Source: a candidate division WOR-3 bacterium
GTDB taxonomy: Bacteria; Hydrothermota; Tepidihabitantia; Tepidihabitantales; Tepidihabitantaceae
Length of the DNA: 64,000 nucleotides
Assembly (NCBI GenBank): GCA_965648905.1
Contig: CBFGIT010000011.1
Coordinates: forward strand, 3,810-67,809
Direction of reading: 5' to 3'
This document shows positions 55,440-64,000 of this stretch, piece by piece; the first letter of the stretch is position 1, and the number at the start of each line of letters is the position of its first letter. The position numbers and the translations under genes are program-made. The notes beneath the pieces are model-generated. The model saw only the letters and a program-made list of their open reading frames with translations. It was not told the DNA's origin and did no database searches.

Positions 55440-55678
55440 GGAGAAGTTTCACCGATATTGATATTATTAATACTAGGATTAATAATCTTGACCAGAATGC
55501 CGCTCGTATATGTAACAGTTTGCAGATATGCGAGTTACGTTGATGAACACTGTTGATGGCGCATCATTGGTGCGTACCAGCCGCAGGTGAGCAGGGCTCT
55601 ATTGCGCTTGCCGCACAGGCAGGGGGCTGCCGCTTCCCAGGCACCACGCAGCACGGATGACGCCTTGGTCTGGACTGG

Positions 55679-55707
55679 TTGACAGACGGTCAGGTCAGAG
55701 CTATCTT
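55679..55707 (+). promoter_or_regulatory. sigma70-like promoter TTGACA-N17-TATCTT, 5 nt upstream of the GTG at 55713
   Basis: Read directly from the sequence. Confidence 0.45.
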
Positions 55708-55712
55708 AGTCT

Positions 55713-56807
55713 GTGGCCCGACCCAGCACCTTCGCCGCAGCCCTGTCTGCGCTGCTTGGCTTGTGCGGCTCTGTTCGAGCCGCGCCCTTGGTTCTTGGCC
55801 GGTGTCCGCTCGACCGGGTTGTTAGAGTAGTGAGCGGCTGCTTCACGGCTGCCAACACCCAATCCCTGCTCCTCGTTCAGGACCTGGGGCGGGTTGAGCT
55901 CTCGCGTCCGTCTCGCTCCGAACGCTCCGACCTCAGCCTGCTGCGACTCGCTGTGGTTCAACCAGGCGCTGCCGGTTTCTCGTCTGTCTGGATAAGTGAG
56001 CCGCTTGCCAGCCCTGGCCCGGCCCGCCTCGACCTTTCCGGCACAGCCTGGACCGCGGGCGACCTGGACGGCAACGGTCGGGACGAACTGCTCCTGTTCG
56101 GCGGTAACTCGTGCCGAGTGCTCAGATTCGACCACGGCAATGTGATGGAGGAAACCCTGACCTTCCCCGGTTCAGCCGTGACCGCGGCCGCGGTCTGCGA
56201 CGTGAACAACGACGGCGTCTCCGACATCGCCACCATCGAGATGCCGGAGCAGCAGTATGGCGACGCATCGCGCCTCGTGCGCGTGTACCAGCAGGCGGGC
56301 AGCCAACTGGTCCCGCATCAACCATACTCCATCGGTCTCAACTGGGGCGCTGAAACACGCATTGCCCTGCTCGGCGCAGCCCGGCTCGATGACTATCCGG
56401 GCACCCTACCGATGTTCGCCGGTATCCGCGCAGACCTACGACCTAGCGTCTATGCCGTGCTCTACGAACCACGACCTGACTCGCTGGCTTTCACGGCGAA
56501 CCCGTTTCCGTGGCAGGAGTGGTTCTCGAAGACTCAAGTTCTGCCCGCGGGCGAGCTGAGCCTGTTCAACGTCGGTGATACGCTGGTCGGATACGGCTAC
56601 TTTGTTCCGGGCTCAAGACCTTCCGGGCCGTCACAAAGCTTCGCCGCGCTCCGAGACGGCGAATGGCGCCTGCTCAATCTTACTGATGAGGCTGCGCGCC
56701 TGTCCGGTCCGGTCTGCCGGTTCCGCCACGACGGCACTGACGGCTGGCTCGAACTCCGCGACAACCTCCTCTACTTCTATCCCGGCGAAATCTTCTACTG
56801 GCGCTAG
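55713..56807 (+). CDS. secreted FG-GAP/VCBS-like repeat protein without a T9SS tail
   Basis: Signal peptide, plus GDLDGNGRDELL and CDVNNDGVSDI calcium-loop-like motifs. Confidence 0.55.
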   Translation: MARPSTFAAALSALLGLCGSVRAAPLVLGRCPLDRVVRVVSGCFTAANTQSLLLVQDLGRVELSRPSRSERSDLSLLRLAVVQPGAAGFSSVWISEPLASPGPARLDLSGTAWTAGDLDGNGRDELLLFGGNSCRVLRFDHGNVMEETLTFPGSAVTAAAVCDVNNDGVSDIATIEMPEQQYGDASRLVRVYQQAGSQLVPHQPYSIGLNWGAETRIALLGAARLDDYPGTLPMFAGIRADLRPSVYAVLYEPRPDSLAFTANPFPWQEWFSKTQVLPAGELSLFNVGDTLVGYGYFVPGSRPSGPSQSFAALRDGEWRLLNLTDEAARLSGPVCRFRHDGTDGWLELRDNLLYFYPGEIFYWR

Positions 56808-57407
56808 GCCGCATCTCAGCAGACCCGGCGTCGACGCGACGCTGCCTGCGGCCTGCCCAGTTGCCACCGCCAGCCATGCCGAGGCGCGTGGCTGCAGGAA
56901 CGCCTTGGCCCGGACTTGCCTTCCGTGTCTGATGTGGTTCAATCGAGGGGCAAAGGTCTTGTCATGAACCACCACCAATCGGCTTCGCCGCCGGCCTGCC
57001 CGCGCCGCGGCAGGCGGGCGCGCGATGCTGTGCGCCAAGGCGGGCTGTTGTCCATTTCCGCGGGCTCTCCCCGAGCCCAATCCAGACCAGCGTCCCTACA
57101 AGAGGAGGACTAGATGCGAAGAGGTGCAATGTGGCTGGCAGCAGTCCTGCTGCTGGCCGGGCAAAGCGCATACGCCGTCGAGCCGCCTGCAGTGCAATGG
57201 TCACGGGCCTTTCAGTCGTATGACAGCAAGGTGCGAGTTCCCTCCCCATAGCTGGTTCGAACGACTTATGAGACAGTAGGACTGCCACCCCGGCGACGAC
57301 TCCACGCAGCCGGCGCAATGACCAGCGCGAGAACGTGCGGTCGATGCTCCCTCCATGGTCATCACTTCCTGCATTGTGCCGGGCCGGAATGGAACTGACG
57401 ACGCGCC

Positions 57408-57435
57408 TTGACACCCGGTCTTGAGGGTCTATAAT
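57408..57435 (+). promoter_or_regulatory. consensus sigma70 promoter TTGACA-N16-TATAAT, 8 nt upstream of the pilT ATG
   Basis: Read directly from the sequence. There is no room for an SD. Confidence 0.6.
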
Positions 57436-57443
57436 ATCCGCGC

Positions 57444-58553
57444 ATGACCGACGAAGAGTTCTTCGAGACACTCATGGCGGAGTGCATCAAGAGGAACGCA
57501 TCCGACCTGCACCTCACTGTTGGCCGACCGCCAACGCTCCGCATTGACGGGTTCCTCCATCCGGTCGAAGGATGCCCGGTCCTCACCCCGGAAATGACCG
57601 AGAGCTTCAAGAACATATCGACCAAGGACCTGCGCCACCTGCGGGCGCAGATTGACAACGGCGGGGGCGGTGACTTTGCCTTGAGTTTCAAGGGTATGGC
57701 CCGGTTCCGGGTTGCCGTGTACAAGCAGAAGGGCTACTTCGGCATGGCGCTTCGGCTCATTCCGCGGCGCATCCTCAACTTCGACGAGCTGTTCGTATCT
57801 CAGCACTTCGCCCCGCGCATGAAGGCCCTGCTCGACCGTCCTCATGGACTTATCCTGGTCACCGGCCCGACCGGCCAGGGCAAGACCACGACTCAGGCGA
57901 CCTTTGTTGACTACATCCTTGAGAGCCCCCGACATGTGCTCACCATCGAGGACCCGATTGAGTTTGTCCACGACCACAAGAATGGCCTTGTCACGCAGCG
58001 CGAGGTGGGAATTGACGTGTCGTCTTTCCGCGAGGCCATCATGAAGGGTCTCCGTTCAAACCCGAACGTCATCCTCGTGGCCGAAATCCGCGACCTGGCA
58101 ACGGCCGAGGCGACAATCTGGGCCGCAGAGTCGGGCCACCTTGTTATCGGTACGCTCCACACGACCAATGCTCCGGAAACGATCACCCGGTTCATCGACA
58201 TCTTCCCACCGGAAATCCGCGACCAGATCCGGATTCAGTTCTCTATTTCTCTGCTGTGCGTCATCGCCCAGCGACTGCTTATCCGTGCTGGCGGCAAGGG
58301 CCGGGTTGGGTGCTATGAGATAATGGTGGCAACGCCCGCGGTACGCAACCTCATCCGGGAGCGAAAGATAGAACACCTGCCGTCGGCAATCCAGACCGGC
58401 ACAGCCGAAGGCAGCATCTCGTTTGACGCCTACCTCGCCGAGCTCTATCGAGCCGGCAAAGTCACCTACGAAACGGCCATCGCTTCGGCCTTTGACCCGA
58501 AGGGATTCCGCGAACTCGTCGAGTTCGGCACACGGACCACCCTCAAGCGATAG
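57444..58553 (+). CDS. pilT: type IV pilus retraction ATPase PilT
   Basis: ASDLHL ... Walker A GPTGQGKTTT ... Asp box ... EIRD ... GHLV.GTLHT ... AIQTG motifs. Confidence 0.9.
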   Translation: MTDEEFFETLMAECIKRNASDLHLTVGRPPTLRIDGFLHPVEGCPVLTPEMTESFKNISTKDLRHLRAQIDNGGGGDFALSFKGMARFRVAVYKQKGYFGMALRLIPRRILNFDELFVSQHFAPRMKALLDRPHGLILVTGPTGQGKTTTQATFVDYILESPRHVLTIEDPIEFVHDHKNGLVTQREVGIDVSSFREAIMKGLRSNPNVILVAEIRDLATAEATIWAAESGHLVIGTLHTTNAPETITRFIDIFPPEIRDQIRIQFSISLLCVIAQRLLIRAGGKGRVGCYEIMVATPAVRNLIRERKIEHLPSAIQTGTAEGSISFDAYLAELYRAGKVTYETAIASAFDPKGFRELVEFGTRTTLKR

Positions 58554-58882
58554 TCGGTCACACCCTCAGAGTCCTGTTTCTCATTCTGACACAATAGGTT
58601 AGCCGTTCGGACACCCAGCCGCGGACGGCAGTCGCACAAGTCCGCATCGGCCTCTGGTCTTAGGCCAGAGCCGTAACGCAGGCTCAATCAATCAGTTATC
58701 GGCGGCTGAAGCGCAAATCGGCTTCGGCACGAGCGGTGCACTTCACCCACTCACCAATTGATGTGCATCCCTTGCCGTGTGCAAGCTAGGTCCCTCTGGA
58801 ATCGCGGCTCGCGACCAGAGCTTTTCTGGCATTGAGGGGCGCGTACCCTTTCGAGTACGCTGCATGAAGGCAGGGGGTGGAC

Positions 58883-58930
58883 GGAACCCTCAGGTTTGAC
58901 TCCCCCGGCGACCTGAGGGTTCCTTGTTTG
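58883..58930 (+). terminator. intrinsic terminator: 12-bp perfect stem followed by TTGTTTG
   Basis: GGAACCCTCAGG (58883-94) pairs with CCTGAGGGTTCC (58912-23), followed by a T-rich run. Lies ~330 nt after the pilT stop. Confidence 0.55.
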
Positions 58931-58958
58931 CCCGCCGGTTCGCGCGTCGGCAGAAACG

Positions 58959-59627
58959 CTACGTGATTTCGCGGCGTGTCCGCCGGACCGCAAGCACGGC
59001 GTGAGCTCCAGCCGGCTCCCACTCGATATCGGGCAATGACCGGAGCGGTTGGTTGGAGACGTAGAGGACCAGTTCGCCGCGGCCGCACCACAGCCCCTGG
59101 TACTCGGACCCTGAAGCAGACCACGACGCGACGACCATGATTTCGCTGCCAATCAGGCAGCAGGACAATCCCTTTTCTACGTGCAGCTCACGTAGTGCCG
59201 CGGTCGTGGTCTCAACCGGCTCGTCTCTTTCGAATCGTGCAAGAACATGCAGAAAGAGTCTCTCGCTTGGGCTGTCTGAATCGGGCAGGCGATTTCGGAC
59301 GTCCAGCTCTTCAGGCCGGACCGCTCCACCGTGATGACAGAATGCCCAGGTCTGTCTCGCCTCACGGCGGGCAAAAGGCTGCATCTCCCGAATCGGGATT
59401 CCATGGCGGTTCTCCGGCACAAGGACCATCATGTCTGTACGCCGCTCGACCAGTTGGCGGAACTCGGGGTCCTCGCGGCAGGGCAGGGCCGAGCGGGTGA
59501 GCTCCAGCCGGTTACCGTAGCAGTAGGCGATGCCCCAGCCGCCCGGTTCTGGTTCGGGCCGGACCTCGGCGAGGACCGCGTCAATCACCTGGTTCATCCG
59601 GAATCGGCCGGCCGCGGCAATGAACAT
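58959..59627 (-). CDS. class II glutamine amidotransferase-like (YafJ-type) protein lacking the usual N-terminal Cys
   Basis: GWGIAY ... PF ... WAFCHHG pattern. Start moved to the ATG at 59627 because the longer ORF overlaps the upstream gene. Confidence 0.4.
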   Translation of the reverse strand: MFIAAAGRFRMNQVIDAVLAEVRPEPEPGGWGIAYCYGNRLELTRSALPCREDPEFRQLVERRTDMMVLVPENRHGIPIREMQPFARREARQTWAFCHHGGAVRPEELDVRNRLPDSDSPSERLFLHVLARFERDEPVETTTAALRELHVEKGLSCCLIGSEIMVVASWSASGSEYQGLWCGRGELVLYVSNQPLRSLPDIEWEPAGAHAVLAVRRTRREIT

Positions 59628-59635
59628 GGCTTCCG

Positions 59636-60115
59636 CTATATCCCCAGTCTCACGCCCGCACTCGTCGGCCCCAGACTGAATGTCATCTGGCGGTCGAACT
59701 CGTACATCTGAGCCGACACATACGCATGTGCCATTGAGAAGACCACCGTCGCGCCGGTCCACCAGAGCAGCACGGTGCGCCGGTCCCTGAGTCGAATGTA
59801 CTCTGCCTCGTTGCCCGCGGCCAGGGCCTCTCGGGCGCGAATGTGCTCCCGAACAGTGAGACCGGCCAGCGTCACCTCGGCCGGCGCGATGAGGGCCGCC
59901 TGCCACCAACGGTGGGTATAAAGCTGCCCCCCGCCCGGAATCAGTAACGAGAGCACGACGGCCGTGCCCGGAGACTTGGCTGGCGGGCGCCGGGTTGAGA
60001 CAGCCGGTGCCTGTACTGCTTGGGGTCGGGCAGTAGTGCTCTCCTGCTCCAGGGTCTGAGCCGAACCGGCCGCGAACGCAATCGCAATCAGAGCGGCAAT
60101 GCGGCCATGGTTCAT
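59636..60115 (-). CDS. DUF5683-like membrane protein
   Basis: Signal peptide, then LSLLIPGGGQLYTHRWW motif. Confidence 0.45.
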   Translation of the reverse strand: MNHGRIAALIAIAFAAGSAQTLEQESTTARPQAVQAPAVSTRRPPAKSPGTAVVLSLLIPGGGQLYTHRWWQAALIAPAEVTLAGLTVREHIRAREALAAGNEAEYIRLRDRRTVLLWWTGATVVFSMAHAYVSAQMYEFDRQMTFSLGPTSAGVRLGI

Positions 60116-60675
60116 TGGTTCAGGAGGACAATTTCCACTCGGCGATTCAAGGAACGGCCAGCCGCGGTCGTGTTCGGACCGACCGGTCTTCGGTCCCCCA
60201 CGCTCTGCAGGGTCACCCGACTCGGCGTCACTCCCCAGGCGATGAGCGCCCGAGCCACGGCACCGGCGCGAGCCGCCGCATACTCCCAGTTGCTCGGATA
60301 GTACTCGCGGAGCTTGGCTGGCAGCGGGCCCGAATCGGTGTAACCGGTAACGAGAATCGGGCCGGGTGAAGCCTGAAGCGACGGAACCAGCGCCTTGAGC
60401 GTGGACTCAGCACTCGGCACGAGCTGGAAGTTATCGGCGCCGCCAAACAACTGGTCAAAGGTCAGCGAGACCGAGAGCGAGGTGTCGGCTCTGGTCAGCA
60501 TTGTTTTCAGGCTGTCGGACAGCTCCTGTACCTGACCTGTCCACATCGCTATCTCCTGTTGCTGCCGGTTCACCCGGTCTGCCCTTGGTACGTAGCCGAA
60601 GTTGTAGAACAGCAGGAACATGACCGCGAGCAAGAGCAGGAGTATCCAGCTCAGACTGGCGAACAGACCTTTCAC
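60112..60675 (-). CDS. OmpA/MotB-like peptidoglycan-binding protein with an N-terminal TM anchor
   Basis: C-terminal GYTDS ... N..LS..RA..V ... NRRVEIVL motifs. The GTG at 60675 was chosen because the longer ORF overlaps valS. Confidence 0.6.
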   Translation of the reverse strand: MKGLFASLSWILLLLLAVMFLLFYNFGYVPRADRVNRQQQEIAMWTGQVQELSDSLKTMLTRADTSLSVSLTFDQLFGGADNFQLVPSAESTLKALVPSLQASPGPILVTGYTDSGPLPAKLREYYPSNWEYAAARAGAVARALIAWGVTPSRVTLQSVGDRRPVGPNTTAAGRSLNRRVEIVLLNQ

Positions 60676-60691
60676 GGTGCAGTATGTCCGG

Positions 60692-63352
60692 TCACTTCCA
60701 GCCCTCGAGCTGCCGGTGCAGACGCTCGCGCCTGTCGGCCAACTCAGCCCGACGCCGGCGCTCGTTCTCGACCACCTCGGGTCTGGCCCGGGCCTCAAAA
60801 TCCGGGTTGGCGAACTTGGCGTCGATGCCGGCCACGAGTCCGTCGAGCCGGGCGAGTTCAGCCCGAATCCGGCCCAGCTCCCGGTCCACGTCGACAATGC
60901 CCGCCAGCGGCACGTACGCTTCGAGCCCGGGCAGGACCGCGACCGACGACTGGCTCGGCCGGTGCGACTCGAACCGGAATCCGGCAATCAGGGCCAGGTC
61001 CCTGGCCAGGCCTTCATTGCTCCTGAGGAACCGGGCGAGCTCTTCGTCGTTGGTATTCACGACGCACTCCACCACCGCTCTTGCCGGCACTTCCATCTCG
61101 GCCCGGATGTTCCTGATGGCGACGATGAGTTCGCGCAGGGTCTCGACGTGTTCGACCTCGGCACGGTCGACCGCCAGTTTCTCCGGCCAGGTCGAAAGCA
61201 TTATCGAGCCGCCCTTGGACCCGGCGCTGAATCCCAGTCGCTCCCACAGCTCCTCGGTGATGAACGGCATGAACGGATGCAGCAGTTGCAGAGTGCCGCG
61301 CAAGACGAGGTACAGGGTCCGGCGGCAGGCCGGATCATCCGCCTTCAGCCGTTGTTTGGCAAACTCAAGATACCAGTCACACAGCTCATGCCAGAAGAAT
61401 TCGTACAGCCGGGCTGCGACCGCGGAGTAGGCACAGGCTTCCAGACCGCGGGTGACCGCGTCGACCGTCTCGTTGTAGCGGCTGACAATCCACGCATCGA
61501 CCGGCTGGTTGTCGGAGGGTTCAGCCACCGGTTTCTCCGGCGGAAACTGGGTGACAGTCCCCAGGTGCGGCGCAACCAGGCGGCAGGCATTCCAGACCTT
61601 GTTCGTGAAATTGCGGCCGAACTCGAACCGCTTCTCGCTCAGACGGTAGCTCTGCGACTGGCTCTCAAGGTAGGCAAGCGTAAACCGCACCGCGTCGGTG
61701 CCGTACTTCTGGAACATGTCTACCGGGTCGATACCCACGCCCTTGGACCGGCTCATCCGCTCGCCGCTCTCGACCAGGATGAAAGAGTGGAAGTAGACCC
61801 GCGAGAACGGAATGTCGCCCATGAACTTGAGGCCCGAAAATACCATCCGTGCGACCCAGAGGAAGATGATGTCGGGCGCGGTCGAGAGGAAGTCGGTCGG
61901 ATAGAACTTTTCGAGGTCGGCGGTCTTCTCGGGCCAACCCATGGTCGAGAACGGCCAGAGCGCAGAGCTGAACCACGTATCGAGGACATCCTCGTCCTGG
62001 CGGACTCTCTGGCTGTGGCACTTCCGGCACTCGGTCGGGTCGGTCCGCTCGACCATCACCGCGCCGCACTCGTCGCAGTAGAAAACCGGAATTCGGTGTC
62101 CCCACCAGAGCTGGCGCGAGATGCACCAGTCCCGGATGTTGTACATCCAGTCGAGATAGACCTTGGTCCAGCGCTCGGGGATGAACTGAACCCGACCGGA
62201 CTCGACAACCTCAATCGCCGGCTTTGCCAGCTCCTGCATCCGGACAAACCACTGCTCGGAAACGAGCGGCTCGACGGTTGTTCCGCAGCGCTCGCAGATG
62301 CTCGCACTCAGCTTGTACGGTTCAATCTTCTCAAGCAGCCCCAGAGCTTCAAGGTCGGCGACCACGCGCCTGCGGCATTCCTCGCGTGAGAGTCCCTGGT
62401 ATTGCTTCGGCACCTTGTCGGTCATCCGCGCATCTTCATCGATGACCGTGACGAACTCCAGACCGTGCCTGCGCCCCATCTCGAAATCGGCGGCATCGTG
62501 CGCTGGCGTGACTTTCACCGCGCCGGTCCCGAAGTTGGAGAGCACGAGTTCATCCGCGATGACCGGAATCTCCCGGCCGACCAGGGGCAGGACCAGCTTC
62601 TGGCCGACCAGCTCGCGATAGCGCTCATCGTTCGGATTCACCGCCACCGCGGTGTCTCCGAGCATCGTCTCCGGCCGGGTGGTCGCGACGACGACATGGC
62701 GCTCGGGTCCTTCGGCGGCAAGTGGGTATCTGATGTACCACCAGTGGCTGTGCTGGTCCTGGTGCTTCACCTCAAGGTCTGACACCGCAGTGTGGCAGCG
62801 CGGGCACCAGTTGACGATGCGCGTGCCGCGGTAGATGAGCCCGTCCTCGTAATAGCGAACGAACGCCTCGCGCACCGCGCGCGAGCAGACTTCGTCCATC
62901 GTGAATCGGGTCCGGGTCCAATCGCAGGCGCAACCGAGGAGCTTGAGCTGCTCGACAATCCGCGTGCCGTACTTCTCTTTCCAGGCCCAAGCCCGCTTCA
63001 GGAACTCGTCGCGGCCGAGCTTGAAACGGTCCGTGCCTTCAGCGGCGAGCGCCCGGTCGATGTGGGTGTGAGTGCCGATGCTGGCGTGGTCGGTCCCGGG
63101 CAGCCACAGGGTCTCGTAGCCCTGCAGCTTCTTGAACCGTATCTGCGCGTCCTGCAGACTGTTGTTCAGGGCGTGGCCGACGTGCAGCGAGCCGGTGATG
63201 TTCGGCGGCGGAATGACGATCGAGAACTTCGGCTTGTTCGACTTCGGGTCAGCGGTGAAGAAGCCGTTCTTCTCCCAGAACTCGTACCACTTCGCCTCGA
63301 CCGGCTTAGGGTCGTAGCGGGAGGGAAATTCGTCCTGCTGGTGAGCGGCCAT
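60692..63352 (-). CDS. valS: valine--tRNA ligase
   Basis: HIGH motif (PNITGSLHVGH), KMSKS-like (RMSRSKG), and a C-terminal coiled coil. The ATG at 63352 is preferred over the ORF track TTG at 63361, which lies inside the -10 box. Confidence 0.9.
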   Translation of the reverse strand: MAAHQQDEFPSRYDPKPVEAKWYEFWEKNGFFTADPKSNKPKFSIVIPPPNITGSLHVGHALNNSLQDAQIRFKKLQGYETLWLPGTDHASIGTHTHIDRALAAEGTDRFKLGRDEFLKRAWAWKEKYGTRIVEQLKLLGCACDWTRTRFTMDEVCSRAVREAFVRYYEDGLIYRGTRIVNWCPRCHTAVSDLEVKHQDQHSHWWYIRYPLAAEGPERHVVVATTRPETMLGDTAVAVNPNDERYRELVGQKLVLPLVGREIPVIADELVLSNFGTGAVKVTPAHDAADFEMGRRHGLEFVTVIDEDARMTDKVPKQYQGLSREECRRRVVADLEALGLLEKIEPYKLSASICERCGTTVEPLVSEQWFVRMQELAKPAIEVVESGRVQFIPERWTKVYLDWMYNIRDWCISRQLWWGHRIPVFYCDECGAVMVERTDPTECRKCHSQRVRQDEDVLDTWFSSALWPFSTMGWPEKTADLEKFYPTDFLSTAPDIIFLWVARMVFSGLKFMGDIPFSRVYFHSFILVESGERMSRSKGVGIDPVDMFQKYGTDAVRFTLAYLESQSQSYRLSEKRFEFGRNFTNKVWNACRLVAPHLGTVTQFPPEKPVAEPSDNQPVDAWIVSRYNETVDAVTRGLEACAYSAVAARLYEFFWHELCDWYLEFAKQRLKADDPACRRTLYLVLRGTLQLLHPFMPFITEELWERLGFSAGSKGGSIMLSTWPEKLAVDRAEVEHVETLRELIVAIRNIRAEMEVPARAVVECVVNTNDEELARFLRSNEGLARDLALIAGFRFESHRPSQSSVAVLPGLEAYVPLAGIVDVDRELGRIRAELARLDGLVAGIDAKFANPDFEARARPEVVENERRRRAELADRRERLHRQLEGWK

Positions 63353-63360
63353 TACGGGCA

Positions 63361-63388
63361 ATTATAGGAGCAACGCTCCAACTGTCAA
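63361..63388 (-). promoter_or_regulatory. consensus sigma70 promoter TTGACA-N16-TATAAT, 8 nt upstream of the valS ATG
   Basis: Plus strand shows attata at 63361-66 and tgtcaa at 63383-88. Confidence 0.6.
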
Positions 63389-64000
63389 AGAATCGCGGCA
63401 CAACTGGGCTGACCGGGGACGCTACCCATTTTGTAACTCATGTTGTCAATGTGGTGCGGCTGCGCGACCCGGGTCAGAGCAAGTCGAAGCCAATGGCAGC
63501 CGTCTCCATCGACTCGACCTGCCCCAGCTCCGGAGCGCGAAGAAGGCGGTGGAGTGAGATAGCCGGCAGCAGACAGGTAGCAGGGCGGAGATGGGTGAAC
63601 TAGGGCAGAAGCAGGAGGCTGGAGCCTGGAACGCAGAGCGGGGCTAACATTCAGACAATACGTGCTTGAGCGGGATGCCCGGTACGTAAGCTGGCGCATC
63701 CGCGCCCGTACAGGTGGATTGGGGGGAGGCCGTTCCCCATGCCATGACTTCCGGTGCAAGGAGAAGCGTGGTTGAGCCGAAGTTCGTCCTGGTCTTGCTG
63801 CCCATGATGCCACGTGTGCTGACTCAGGCGTTGCCCAGGGCGTTATCTTGAGCAGTGTCGCGCGCATTGCCGCGAGCAGAAGCTCAGGCAGTGGCCTAAG
63901 CAGATTGCCGACCAGTTGCCGCGGCTACTGGTTTCCTGTCTGAGCCGGTGGCGGTCTCGTCGTTCATCGCGGTCTCAGCCGCGCCAGCGGCCGCAGCTTC

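Noticed and set aside
55190-55543. 117-aa plus ORF in the AT-rich island
   Set aside because: It overlaps the start of the minus-strand operon and its promoter. Its Ile/Leu/Asn/Phe-rich composition is produced simply by AT-rich DNA.
57254-57262. tRNA T-loop-like GGTTCGAAC
   Set aside because: No acceptor, D or anticodon arms can be drawn around it. I found no tRNA-like cloverleaf anywhere in the window.
63678-63714. Group II intron domain V-like hairpin
   Set aside because: There is no AGC triad at the stem base. It has a 6-nt asymmetric loop instead of the 2-nt bulge. There is no reverse transcriptase ORF or GUGCG 5' end in a suitable position.
1-64000. CRISPR arrays, rRNA genes, IS elements or integrases
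   Set aside because: No regularly spaced direct repeats, no rRNA-like conserved blocks, and no transposase or integrase motifs were seen on either strand.

Overview
High-GC bacterial window with no rRNA, tRNA, CRISPR array or recognisable transposase. It is mostly housekeeping genes: pyrC (partial), accA, era, a DinG-like helicase, the acpP-fabF-etfB-coaE block, topA, acpS, an rfbC/rfbB-ribBA-ribH-nusB string, pilT and valS. The accessory content is unusually rich in secreted beta-propeller and repeat proteins. Nine CDS end in the same ~70-aa C-terminal sorting domain (IVRGVL ... LLDxxGRKVxxLxPGPNDVSxLxPGVYFV), and a PorV/PorQ-like outer-membrane barrel is present. I infer a type IX secretion (T9SS) user from an FCB-group candidate lineage. 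Six of these cargo genes lie back to back at 33448-45653. Two of them are paralogues built from about 13 copies of an ~55-aa repeat I cannot assign to a named family. The most unusual local signal is one in-frame UGA inside an FG-GAP cargo gene, followed directly by a nested 6+7 bp hairpin laid out like a bacterial SECIS element. Other points: many near-consensus sigma70 promoters sit only 5-10 nt upstream of start codons, implying leaderless mRNAs. There are several 400-700 nt GC-rich stretches with no credible ORF, one of them hairpin-dense at 18422-19093. There is also a DUF2089/Toastrack-type envelope-stress-like operon behind an AT-rich island, a HicAB pair, and an HNH protein next to an N-terminally extended PyrE. 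All functional calls come from motif recognition by eye and no database search was run.
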